From a virus (taxonomy: Duplodnaviria; Heunggongvirae; Uroviricota; Caudoviricetes), in the IMG/VR virus record IMGVR_UViG_3300046779_000230, positions 23,562 through 87,561 of that record: a stretch of 64,000 bases of DNA; one strand, written 5' to 3'. The translations under genes and the position numbers were made by a program. This document shows, one piece after another, positions 52,117-60,436 of the stretch (within the stretch, counting starts at the first letter, position 1; each line of letters opens with the position of its first letter). Below the pieces are notes generated by a model. It made no database searches. It saw only the letters and a list, made by a program, of their open reading frames with translations, and was not told the DNA's origin.

Positions 52117-54285
52117 TTAAGCGCCGATTTCGCTAAAGTTGATACCAGAGCGAGCAGCCACGAAGTTCAAGCTGATAAAGTTGATAGAACGGTTTGGTTT
52201 AACGAAGATATCGGCAACGAATTCGTTACGGTCAATAACCTCACCAGTGTTGTTAGATTCGTCGCACTTAACAACGAAGTCTGTGATACCACGGCGACCT
52301 TGTACATCACGTAGGAATGGCTCGACCAAGTTCTTGAACTGAGCGCGAGTGAAACCATCGTTGAATTCAAACAACTGGTACTTAGCAGCAGTAGCGATTG
52401 CTTTCTCAAGAACGATAAACAAACGACGAACGTTGATACGATCAAACGCAGATGGCTTGCTTAGAAGAGTCTTGTCGCCAAATAAGACAGTACCTTCGCC
52501 TGGGAATGTAACAACTGGGTTTACGCCAGCTTTGTACAAGTTATCGCGATCAGTCTTGTGTAAGAATACACCTAGTTTAACAACATTCTTGATTTGACCA
52601 CGGTTTAGACCACCTGGAGAGAACCATGGGTCATTAGTATAGTCAGTGCGCGCACATAGACCAGCAACATCACCGTTCAATGGGATCCAACGATACTTGT
52701 CGTTGTAACGGTCATATTGATATTTGTAACCAGAGTCCATCACTGCATAAGAAGTAGACGGAAGAGCATTTCTATACTCGATAATCTGATCAACAGCAGA
52801 AGATCCATTTAGGATAACTTCTCCAGTATCTACGTTTTCTGGTGAAATGAACACAACACAATCTTTACGTGTTTCAGCAACGTTGTTAATAACATATGTT
52901 GCAACAGTGGCAGAAGCCTTGCCCAATGGAATCAAGCTGATGTCGTATTCAGTGTCGTTGGCTAGCAATTCCCATGCTGTCATTAGTTCACCATCAGTTG
53001 GCATACCACCATCAACACCACCAGATAGACGGTAATCGCTGTAACCAGCGTTTACGAATGCTGTATTGTCAGCAACACCACCCCAGTTAGTTCCACCAAC
53101 TGGATGATCCATCCACCAGATGTACTGAGAGCGAGAGTTAATAACATCTTTGTAGTAGTTGTTTGTTCCATCAGATTTCTTGGCATTTAGAGCTTTAGAA
53201 ACAAATGCAAACTTTTCTAGAACACCGCCTGGAGTTCCAGTCCAACGACCATCAGCGTCAATAACGATAACGTGTAGTTCATCATTAGAACCAGAAACAG
53301 AAGCAGCAAAATCTGAAGTTCCTGGAGCTGAATCGAATTCAGACTTATGATCCCAAGTAGCCCATTCACCTGCATCACACACACCAACGTAAATAGAGTT
53401 ACCAAGAGTACCTGGATACTTAGCAGCCCACTGCCCGATAACAGCAGCGCCATCGTGGTAGTTTTGTAGATAATCTGAAGAGTTATTAACCTTAACACCA
53501 GAAACTACTACAGTAGCTGTTGCAGTCGCTGCTGTTCCGCCGCCACCTGCAGGTGCATTGATAGTAACAGTTGGCGCAGATGTGTATCCAGAACCAACGT
53601 TAGAAACAAAAATACTAGTAATAATAGAATTACCTATTGTAACAGTGCCTACTTCTGCACCTGTGCCATTACCAGAAATAACAGCAGATGGAGAAGAAGT
53701 ATAACCAGTACCAGCATTAGTGATTGTGATACCAGTAACAACACCGCTAGAAATAATAACAGTACCTTGGGCTCTAACACCACCAGTTACTTGTGGTAGG
53801 GCAAAATCTACAGTAGCTGTAGTGTATCCAGATCCACCGCTAGAAATTGTAGCAGCAGTAACACCGCCGCCAGATAATCTTGCCACACCAGTTGCAGTAA
53901 CACCACCTGGAGTCTGTGGATTTGAGAATGTTACTGCTGGAACATCAGTGTAACCAGAACCTGGTGTAGTCACTGTTACACCAGTAACCATACCAGTTTG
54001 AACTGCTACGGCGTTTCTTGCCTGAGCAGAATCTGTTCTAACTGCGATTAAATTGTTTGTATATGATAGGAAGTTTGCAGCAGTGAAAAAGTCTGCAGCG
54101 TTGTGTTCTTCTGGTTTGCCAAAGTTACGAACCAATTCATTTTCTGAAGACACTGTTGTAGGAGCCAATACTGGACCCCACTGGAAATGCCCAGCAAAAC
54201 CGCCAGCAGAACTAGATACTGCTGGAACGATTGAAGAAAAATCTTTTTCTGTGACTGCAACGCCTGGAGATAGTTGGAACGGCAT
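52117..54285 (-). CDS. gp18: contractile tail sheath protein (T4 gp18 homolog) with an inserted four-fold repeat
   Basis: The C-terminal block is GVNPVVTFPGEGTVLFGDKTLLSKPSAFDRINVRRLF, typical of sheath proteins. The gene has the expected position between gp17 and gp19. Confidence 0.9.
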   Translation of the reverse strand: MPFQLSPGVAVTEKDFSSIVPAVSSSAGGFAGHFQWGPVLAPTTVSSENELVRNFGKPEEHNAADFFTAANFLSYTNNLIAVRTDSAQARNAVAVQTGMVTGVTVTTPGSGYTDVPAVTFSNPQTPGGVTATGVARLSGGGVTAATISSGGSGYTTATVDFALPQVTGGVRAQGTVIISSGVVTGITITNAGTGYTSSPSAVISGNGTGAEVGTVTIGNSIITSIFVSNVGSGYTSAPTVTINAPAGGGGTAATATATVVVSGVKVNNSSDYLQNYHDGAAVIGQWAAKYPGTLGNSIYVGVCDAGEWATWDHKSEFDSAPGTSDFAASVSGSNDELHVIVIDADGRWTGTPGGVLEKFAFVSKALNAKKSDGTNNYYKDVINSRSQYIWWMDHPVGGTNWGGVADNTAFVNAGYSDYRLSGGVDGGMPTDGELMTAWELLANDTEYDISLIPLGKASATVATYVINNVAETRKDCVVFISPENVDTGEVILNGSSAVDQIIEYRNALPSTSYAVMDSGYKYQYDRYNDKYRWIPLNGDVAGLCARTDYTNDPWFSPGGLNRGQIKNVVKLGVFLHKTDRDNLYKAGVNPVVTFPGEGTVLFGDKTLLSKPSAFDRINVRRLFIVLEKAIATAAKYQLFEFNDGFTRAQFKNLVEPFLRDVQGRRGITDFVVKCDESNNTGEVIDRNEFVADIFVKPNRSINFISLNFVAARSGINFSEIGA
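53500..53994 (-). repeat. four tandem protein repeats of about 40 aa (G[ST]GYT..P.V.I/F) within the sheath gene
   Basis: Residues of about 98-262 carry TTPGSGYTDVPAVTF, SSGGSGYTTATVDF, TNAGTGYTSSPSAVI and SNVGSGYTSAPTVTI. Confidence 0.7.
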
Positions 54286-54360
54286 TGTTGTTCTCCTTGT
54301 TTAATAGTTTTACTCTAGACAATTTTATGTCTACATTTTATTTAGTTTTTACAGGATTTC

Positions 54361-55938
54361 TCAAAAGTCTAAGGGGTCTGATTCTGGCTGTCCATCATCA
54401 TAGAAACCGAATGGAGTCAATTCCTCTTCAATTGCCTGAATTTGCTTCTTATACATAATTTCTCTTAGGTTTATGTTATTTAGGTCTTTAAAATAACTGT
54501 TTGTAGACAACCAGCTAAACAAGACCAAAGGCATAACCAAGTCATCATGATAACCTTCATCTGCTTCATACGAACCTTTCTTTTCGATAAATGTCGAAAT
54601 TTCAGATATCGTGTCTGCGTCATTAATAATAAGTTTATTTTCTTCTACCATAGCTTTAAAGTTATGGCATCCGATTCTCTTGATTTTCTTGTCAGTGACA
54701 ACACCAAGTTGTGTTTTACCACCACCAAATCCACCAGAAACTACCTGTCCACCATTTGTTCTGGTAACCATCAAAATATTCTCATACTCTAATTCTTGAT
54801 ACAAAATATGAGCCACTTGCTCAGAGATGTTAATCTCTAATAACACAAACGCTTCGTTGTAGTCTTTACCAACTTTGTAGATTACGTTTGGATATAGCAG
54901 TGGACTGATTTCGTTATTTCTGTACTTTGCAACAATTCTGTACGGTGTTTCTGTTATGTCAATAACTTGGAAGGCTGAGTAGTCGCCACCAACACCTTTG
55001 GCAACGTCGGCTATCATACAGTAAGTGTGTCCAGCTTGTGGTTTCACATAGACATCTAGACCATCTTTACTATACTGAATAGTATCTACTGACATTCTAG
55101 CAATAACATCGGCATTGACTAGGGTTAAACTAGAACCCAAGAATTTACACAAAACTTCTTGGTTGTACTTGAGATCACCAAGCATGGCTTTTTGTTCGTT
55201 CGCCCATGCTTCATCTCGACCTGGAATTTCCCAGTAAGGAATGAATAGTGGAACAAAACCGTTGCGACCATTTTCAGCGTCATTCCAAAACTTCCAAAAG
55301 TGGTTGTAACCAAGTGGAGTTGAACTCAATAGAATCTTGGTAGTTTGACCAGCAGAAATAGTTGGATATACTGATGTAAAGAATTCTTCAGCAACGTTGT
55401 TTGGAATAATCGCAGCTTCGTCAACGTACAGCATGTTAACAGACTTACCACGAATACCAGACTTACCAGTTGCAGCAGTGAATACCTTTGAGCCGTTTTC
55501 TAGTTCAATGTCACCTTTGTTCCAAGTAGTAACACCTTGCTGCATCCACTTTGGTAGTAACTCATACATTGTTTGGTAACGATCCAAAACTTCACGGGCA
55601 GCAGTAGCTTTGTTGGCTAGAATAGCAACAGTTTTATTTGCTTGGAATAAGGTGTACCAAAGGATGTAAGCAGCAGAAGTAGTAGTCTTACCTTGCTGTC
55701 GTCCTTCCATAAGAATAACGCGACGGTTATTGTGGATGATGTTTACTTTATTTTTCTGACAGTCGTACAGTTTGAATAACTTTAGACCATGATCCAGAGT
55801 AACGATCTGGCAGTAGTTTTCAATAAAGTAAATCGGATCCTGAGAACACTTAATGTACTCTTGGATATTCTGTGGTGTAAACTCAACTGTAACGCCAGCC
55901 GCTTTAAGGTTGGCGTTACTATTATAAATCTCAGCCAT
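54361..55938 (-). CDS. gp17: terminase large subunit (T4 gp17 homolog)
   Basis: It has the Walker A motif EGRQQGKTTT and the Walker B motif MLYVDEAA. At 525 aa it has the expected position before gp18. Confidence 0.9.
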   Translation of the reverse strand: MAEIYNSNANLKAAGVTVEFTPQNIQEYIKCSQDPIYFIENYCQIVTLDHGLKLFKLYDCQKNKVNIIHNNRRVILMEGRQQGKTTTSAAYILWYTLFQANKTVAILANKATAAREVLDRYQTMYELLPKWMQQGVTTWNKGDIELENGSKVFTAATGKSGIRGKSVNMLYVDEAAIIPNNVAEEFFTSVYPTISAGQTTKILLSSTPLGYNHFWKFWNDAENGRNGFVPLFIPYWEIPGRDEAWANEQKAMLGDLKYNQEVLCKFLGSSLTLVNADVIARMSVDTIQYSKDGLDVYVKPQAGHTYCMIADVAKGVGGDYSAFQVIDITETPYRIVAKYRNNEISPLLYPNVIYKVGKDYNEAFVLLEINISEQVAHILYQELEYENILMVTRTNGGQVVSGGFGGGKTQLGVVTDKKIKRIGCHNFKAMVEENKLIINDADTISEISTFIEKKGSYEADEGYHDDLVMPLVLFSWLSTNSYFKDLNNINLREIMYKKQIQAIEEELTPFGFYDDGQPESDPLDF

Positions 55939-55941
55939 ATT

Positions 55942-56688
55942 TTAGAATGTGTCTTCCCAACTCTCGCTAGTTACTTGTGCTGTAGCTGGATCGCCAGTTG
56001 CAGTATATGTTTGATTTGGATTAGTCAAGTCAGCATTATTGCCGACATTCGCGTTGACTGTTTGAATAACTTCTTTACTGCCAATTCCACCAAATATGTT
56101 GGTTTTCATTTGGAATTGTAGAGTGTGTGTTACGAATCTACGTGTTTGAAAGTCGCCATCATACTCATCGGATACGCTTACACTATTCAATATGATAGGA
56201 ACATCCAATTTAACATTCATGTCTGGTACAGCATTGATAGTTAGCGTGTACTCTGGAGTGAATGTTGGAAGTATTTGCTCTAATATCTGTAGACCATCTT
56301 CTTGAGTCTTTGTCAAGATATACAATGAAATATCAATGTTGTATGGCACTGGAGTGTACAGAGTTGGCACTGAACCCAAACCGCCACCACACTTTATTTG
56401 TTGCATACGATTCATCTTACGAGTTGGATCATAAGAATATCCATTGATCTCGAAAGACATTCTTGGTAGAGAAACGTATGTGTTGTTGTCTAGGTTTGGA
56501 TCTGAATCTATTCTAACCAACCACTTTTCTTTTGGTGCATACGCAAGAGGAACTTGTAATCTTTGTACAGTTGTACCAGTCACAGAGTCGCCTTGCTTTC
56601 TGTCGATATAGATGTCACTGAACAGTCTACCGAATGCTACGATAGACTTTCTAATTATTCCGTGATAAAAAACATTACCGTTTAACAT
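55942..56688 (-). CDS. gp15: tail sheath stabiliser/terminator (T4 gp15 homolog)
   Basis: FSDIYIDR, VPLAYAPKEKW, LPRM and LQILEQILPTFTP parallel T4 gp15 FSNIQIKR, VPITYASKEHF, LPRI and FQIVEQILPYFQP. Confidence 0.85.
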   Translation of the reverse strand: MLNGNVFYHGIIRKSIVAFGRLFSDIYIDRKQGDSVTGTTVQRLQVPLAYAPKEKWLVRIDSDPNLDNNTYVSLPRMSFEINGYSYDPTRKMNRMQQIKCGGGLGSVPTLYTPVPYNIDISLYILTKTQEDGLQILEQILPTFTPEYTLTINAVPDMNVKLDVPIILNSVSVSDEYDGDFQTRRFVTHTLQFQMKTNIFGGIGSKEVIQTVNANVGNNADLTNPNQTYTATGDPATAQVTSESWEDTF

Positions 56689-57344
56689 TAAGCAACCTCA
56701 CCGAATGGGTTTGATTCATTGAACAATACATCAGCTGCTTGAGTTTTATATGCATTGTTATCGCCGTATGACTCTTGTACATCGATATCTGGTGCTTTGT
56801 CTACATCAAATGTTTTTAGATTTTCAAAGGCATCAACTTCAGCAACGCCAGTATTGATAATCTCTGACGAGTACTGGAATAGTTCTACTTGCAATTTGTA
56901 CACGTACAACTTTCCTATTTGATAGAATGGATCTTGGTGTTTGACAAACTTGATCTCAAACAATCCCTTTGTCAGAGGAAAGAATATCAAATCACCTTCA
57001 GCTGGACGATTAGGTAGTATAGAAATGTTTTGTGACCCAACGACTTGCTCCCATCTACGGCGAGAGACTACAAGCGTTGCAGACTGTTCCATCATAAGAC
57101 CAAACTTTTGAACGAATGCGCCTTGTCCATCAAAGTTGTCGATGTTTTCAAAATACATCTCTAGTGGGACAGCGTGTTCAAATTTACTTAATCTGTCTTC
57201 GCCAAGAATTTCATCTTTTGATACCAGAGATCTTGGAATGTAAAGAACATCATTACCATACATCTTCAACGATTCGATGATGATATCCTCAATGAGATTT
57301 CTCTCATTGGTAGTGCCGTGTGAAAAGTATGGATTTGTTGCCAT
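56688..57344 (-). CDS. gp14: neck protein (T4 gp14 homolog)
   Basis: PAEGDLIFFPLTKGLFEIKFVKHQDPFYQIG parallels T4 gp14 [31 protein letters not shown]. Confidence 0.85.
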   Translation of the reverse strand: MATNPYFSHGTTNERNLIEDIIIESLKMYGNDVLYIPRSLVSKDEILGEDRLSKFEHAVPLEMYFENIDNFDGQGAFVQKFGLMMEQSATLVVSRRRWEQVVGSQNISILPNRPAEGDLIFFPLTKGLFEIKFVKHQDPFYQIGKLYVYKLQVELFQYSSEIINTGVAEVDAFENLKTFDVDKAPDIDVQESYGDNNAYKTQAADVLFNESNPFGEVA

Positions 57345-57346
57345 TA

Positions 57347-58084
57347 TTATCCCAAGAAAAAGTCTAGTGGAGCAGACTTGTTCATTAGATCGTCTTCTAA
57401 ATCTTTGATCTCTGTAACGGCTTCGTCGTACAGCTTATCACCGTCCAAGATAACACCGCCTGGAAGTTGAATTCCAGAAAACTTCTTAATGTTTATAGCC
57501 CACTGCTTTTTAAATAGTGCAGTCACGTAATGTTTCAACCAAGACTCATTCCACATCTTAGTGTATGTAGTTGGGTCTAGAGCGCGATAACATTCTACTA
57601 CCACGTATTGCCCTTCTTGCACATCTGATTCCCAATTCACATCCAACATCAATCTGCCTTGGATTCTATTGAAGCGATAAAGCGTTGCGCCATTCAGCTC
57701 CATATCCAACAAAGACAAGTGACTCATAATAGTCTTGTAGTAGATGATAGAAGTTGAAGTCAAGTCATACAAGTCGTGTAATCTCAGTTGGTACTGAACG
57801 TCGAATAGACTCTTAGAAGAAGATGAATGTGAGAAAGGAATAACGCGAGTAACACCATAAACTAAGTCTGGCATTGGAAGATATTGATTTGCGATATCTT
57901 CTGCAGTCACTTGGTGTTTTAGATAAACCTTTTCAGAACCATCCCAGTGATATTGTCTCCAGTATTCGATAGCTTCGTCTATTCTATCTTCTAGCTGGAC
58001 ATTATCTACGTTAATTTCGACAACAGGTGCACCCAGCGCTCTAAGCGCATATTCTTTTAGTTGTTCTCTAGTGCTTACTGCCAT
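57347..58084 (-). CDS. gp13: neck protein (T4 gp13 homolog)
   Basis: The call rests on its position upstream of gp14/gp15 and on the N-terminal pattern LKEYALRALGAPVVEINV...QLEDRIDEAI. Confidence 0.75.
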   Translation of the reverse strand: MAVSTREQLKEYALRALGAPVVEINVDNVQLEDRIDEAIEYWRQYHWDGSEKVYLKHQVTAEDIANQYLPMPDLVYGVTRVIPFSHSSSSKSLFDVQYQLRLHDLYDLTSTSIIYYKTIMSHLSLLDMELNGATLYRFNRIQGRLMLDVNWESDVQEGQYVVVECYRALDPTTYTKMWNESWLKHYVTALFKKQWAINIKKFSGIQLPGGVILDGDKLYDEAVTEIKDLEDDLMNKSAPLDFFLG

Positions 58085-58100
58085 GTTATTTTCCTGAGTG

Positions 58101-58116
58101 TTATTTATTATTTATC
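58101..58116 (-). promoter_or_regulatory. late promoter motif GATAAATAATAAATAA
   Basis: This 16-mer is identical to the one at 48073-48088. It lies 24 nt upstream of the gp13 ATG and overlaps the stop of 58112-59149. Confidence 0.55.
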
Positions 58117-59149
58117 CAGTAAAAATGTTCTGATAGTCGTCTAGTAAGAACAACCACTCAGGCTCATGGATAGAAAATGTTGAAATCTTTTTTGGTTTAT
58201 TTCTAGCATAGTGTTCCATACCTCGATCCGCTAGAAAGTCTCTCATCTGCCATCTGTGTGTAGAAGAGTCGCCTTTAACTTTTGTAAATGGTTCGTTGGT
58301 GCTAATAGCCCACTGCTGAAATTCAATAGAATCAAAAAACCCATGAATCATTTTAGCTTTTTCTGGACTAAGAAGAATCTTGTGTTCGTATATCGCTGTA
58401 TACCAGTCTAGGTTAAAAATGCAATACCATCTAAGGTCTGCAATAGTTTCTATTTTTCTTGGTGAAGTTTGAATAATTGGGTTTAAAAATTCAAGCAAGT
58501 CTTCATTAACATTACCGATATAAGACTCATATATCGTTTCTTTGTTACCTAGTGTATGATGAAACATAGCCTTATCACCAGTAGCAAACATATCATCAGT
58601 TGGTCCAAACAATTGATTGCCACACATACCACTAACAAAGATAGAATCATCAGTATTGTGAAAGCTAAAGTTATTTCTGGCTCCAACTCTAATATCAAAT
58701 AAGAAATCGTTCTTTATCTTAGAGTCAAAAAGATCGCCAGATTCTATGATAGAATTATATGTACCGAACACTCTTACTTGATCTTTATCTACAGCAAACT
58801 CTTTTAAAATGTAAAGAATATATGTACTGTCGATGCCACCAGACCACATAACATTAATTTTCTTACCAGTAGATAGAAGTTCTTTAGCTCGACGCTCTGC
58901 AACTTCATGAAAGCTAGTGTTATAGTTTTCTACTCGTTTTGGGATTGGATGAAGGTTTGGAGTTATATCGAGAAAGTGTTTCAGGTTTCCAGTCCTATCA
59001 TAAACAGCATTATGCTTGTTTAGACCGAACCACTCATAACTCTCGAATACATCTCTTGTATTGGCTAAGAATGGTGTTGACTCTATTGTTTCTCGACTTC
59101 CAGTTAGAAGTTCTGATATTAGTTGTGGGTTATAATATAAAATAGACAT
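58112..59149 (-). CDS. PP-loop ATP pyrophosphatase (asparagine-synthetase-domain-like adenylating enzyme)
   Basis: INVMWSGGIDSTYILY carries the SGGxDS PP-loop. At 345 aa it has no glutaminase domain. Confidence 0.7.
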   Translation of the reverse strand: MSILYYNPQLISELLTGSRETIESTPFLANTRDVFESYEWFGLNKHNAVYDRTGNLKHFLDITPNLHPIPKRVENYNTSFHEVAERRAKELLSTGKKINVMWSGGIDSTYILYILKEFAVDKDQVRVFGTYNSIIESGDLFDSKIKNDFLFDIRVGARNNFSFHNTDDSIFVSGMCGNQLFGPTDDMFATGDKAMFHHTLGNKETIYESYIGNVNEDLLEFLNPIIQTSPRKIETIADLRWYCIFNLDWYTAIYEHKILLSPEKAKMIHGFFDSIEFQQWAISTNEPFTKVKGDSSTHRWQMRDFLADRGMEHYARNKPKKISTFSIHEPEWLFLLDDYQNIFTG

Positions 59150-59168
59150 AGTGCCTCTAAGGAATCAA

Positions 59169-59184
59169 GGGAGCCGAAGCTCCC
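59169..59184 (-). terminator. UUCG-tetraloop hairpin (weak terminator candidate)
   Basis: The hairpin is GGGAGC-UUCG-GCUCCC followed by UUGAUUCC. Confidence 0.4.
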
Positions 59185-59189
59185 CTTTA

Positions 59190-60137
59190 TCATTGCAATT
59201 TAATTTTTTCTACTAATCCAGGTGAGAAGTAGTCTTGGAATTTATCATATACTGTAGAAGTGATTTCTCTAAACTTAGATTCTTCTTCTTCACTCATCTT
59301 GACAACTTGAATGTCATTTTGTTTACATTGTTCAAGAATATTTGGGATATCAGCAACAGACTCTTTACGCTCTTGACGCGCTGCGTTAAATGCAGCAGTA
59401 GTCATAATCTTCTGAGTCTTTTTATCAAATTGCTTAAAGAAGTCTTGATTAACAATAATAGAAGTTAAGAACAAGCTATGTGATGTTTCGTTAACTATCT
59501 TGAAAGACTTATATTGATCTAATGGGAAAACACGAACGTATGTAGACTCACCTGCAGCAATCTCGCCTTTGTCTGCATACTGGTTCATTTCTTCCAAAGT
59601 GATATCTTCGCGTGGAATAGAACCAAGAGCCTTAAATGTTTCAACGGCAACTGGAGAACGAGAAGTTCTAACCACTTTACCTTTCCATGCATCTACAGTG
59701 TTTGCAGCAAATGTAGATGGAACAATACGGTAACCACCAGAGTATGTAAATGACATAGCTTTAATGTTGGAATTCTTAGAAACCCCAGCCAATAGTTCTG
59801 TGCCAATTTCACCTTCTAGAACACGGTCAGCGTGTTCATGATCTTTGAACAAAAACGGCAGATCAAATGCATGTAGATCTTTGTTGTAGTCACCAAGCCA
59901 AGTAGTGTAGATGTGAGACATCTCAATCTTACCTGTATTGATTAAATCCATAAGATCGTATTTTGTTACTTTCTTACCATCGTTATATTTTTCAGCATAG
60001 TCAGAAAGAGACAAAACTTCGATGTCAAACGCACCGTCCGTTTTCTCGTTAACTTCTTTTGCAAATCGTTCAGCTACCTTCAAAAACAAGCCGATTGGCT
60101 CGTGGGCGATAACCCATTTGACATGTTTAGTAGTCAT
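59190..60137 (-). CDS. TRAP-type (DctP-family) solute-binding protein homolog without a signal peptide
   Basis: Three blocks match the DctP pattern: FDLPFLFKDHEHADRVLEGEIG, GKVVRTSRSP..ETFKALGS and GEIAAGES. The N-terminus MTTKHVKWVIAHEP lacks a hydrophobic leader. Confidence 0.7.
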   Translation of the reverse strand: MTTKHVKWVIAHEPIGLFLKVAERFAKEVNEKTDGAFDIEVLSLSDYAEKYNDGKKVTKYDLMDLINTGKIEMSHIYTTWLGDYNKDLHAFDLPFLFKDHEHADRVLEGEIGTELLAGVSKNSNIKAMSFTYSGGYRIVPSTFAANTVDAWKGKVVRTSRSPVAVETFKALGSIPREDITLEEMNQYADKGEIAAGESTYVRVFPLDQYKSFKIVNETSHSLFLTSIIVNQDFFKQFDKKTQKIMTTAAFNAARQERKESVADIPNILEQCKQNDIQVVKMSEEEESKFREITSTVYDKFQDYFSPGLVEKIKLQ

Positions 60138-60436
60138 TTTAGTTCCTCTAAAACTTTGGTTTCAAAAAACCATTTTTCTGTTTGTGATTTTAAATCTATT
60201 TGCCTTCTTAAGAAGGGAGTTCTATTATTTATAAGAATCCTAATAATACTCTCTTCTGGAATTTCTTCTTTATTTAGGATCTGGGATGTCGGTATAACCG
60301 TATCTCTGTAACCATATTCCTTCGCAGAAGAGTCGTAAAAAAAGTAGTCCTTGACCGTGAATCCCTCACATCCACTTAGCGGAGATCTAGGGTACTGATT
60401 TATCTCGAATAGAAATTCATTAATATATGGTGTCAT
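60134..60436 (-). CDS. hypothetical protein translationally coupled to the rSAM gene and the SBP-like gene
   Basis: The 100-aa ORF has 4-nt overlaps at both ends. Confidence 0.45.
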   Translation of the reverse strand: MTPYINEFLFEINQYPRSPLSGCEGFTVKDYFFYDSSAKEYGYRDTVIPTSQILNKEEIPEESIIRILINNRTPFLRRQIDLKSQTEKWFFETKVLEELK

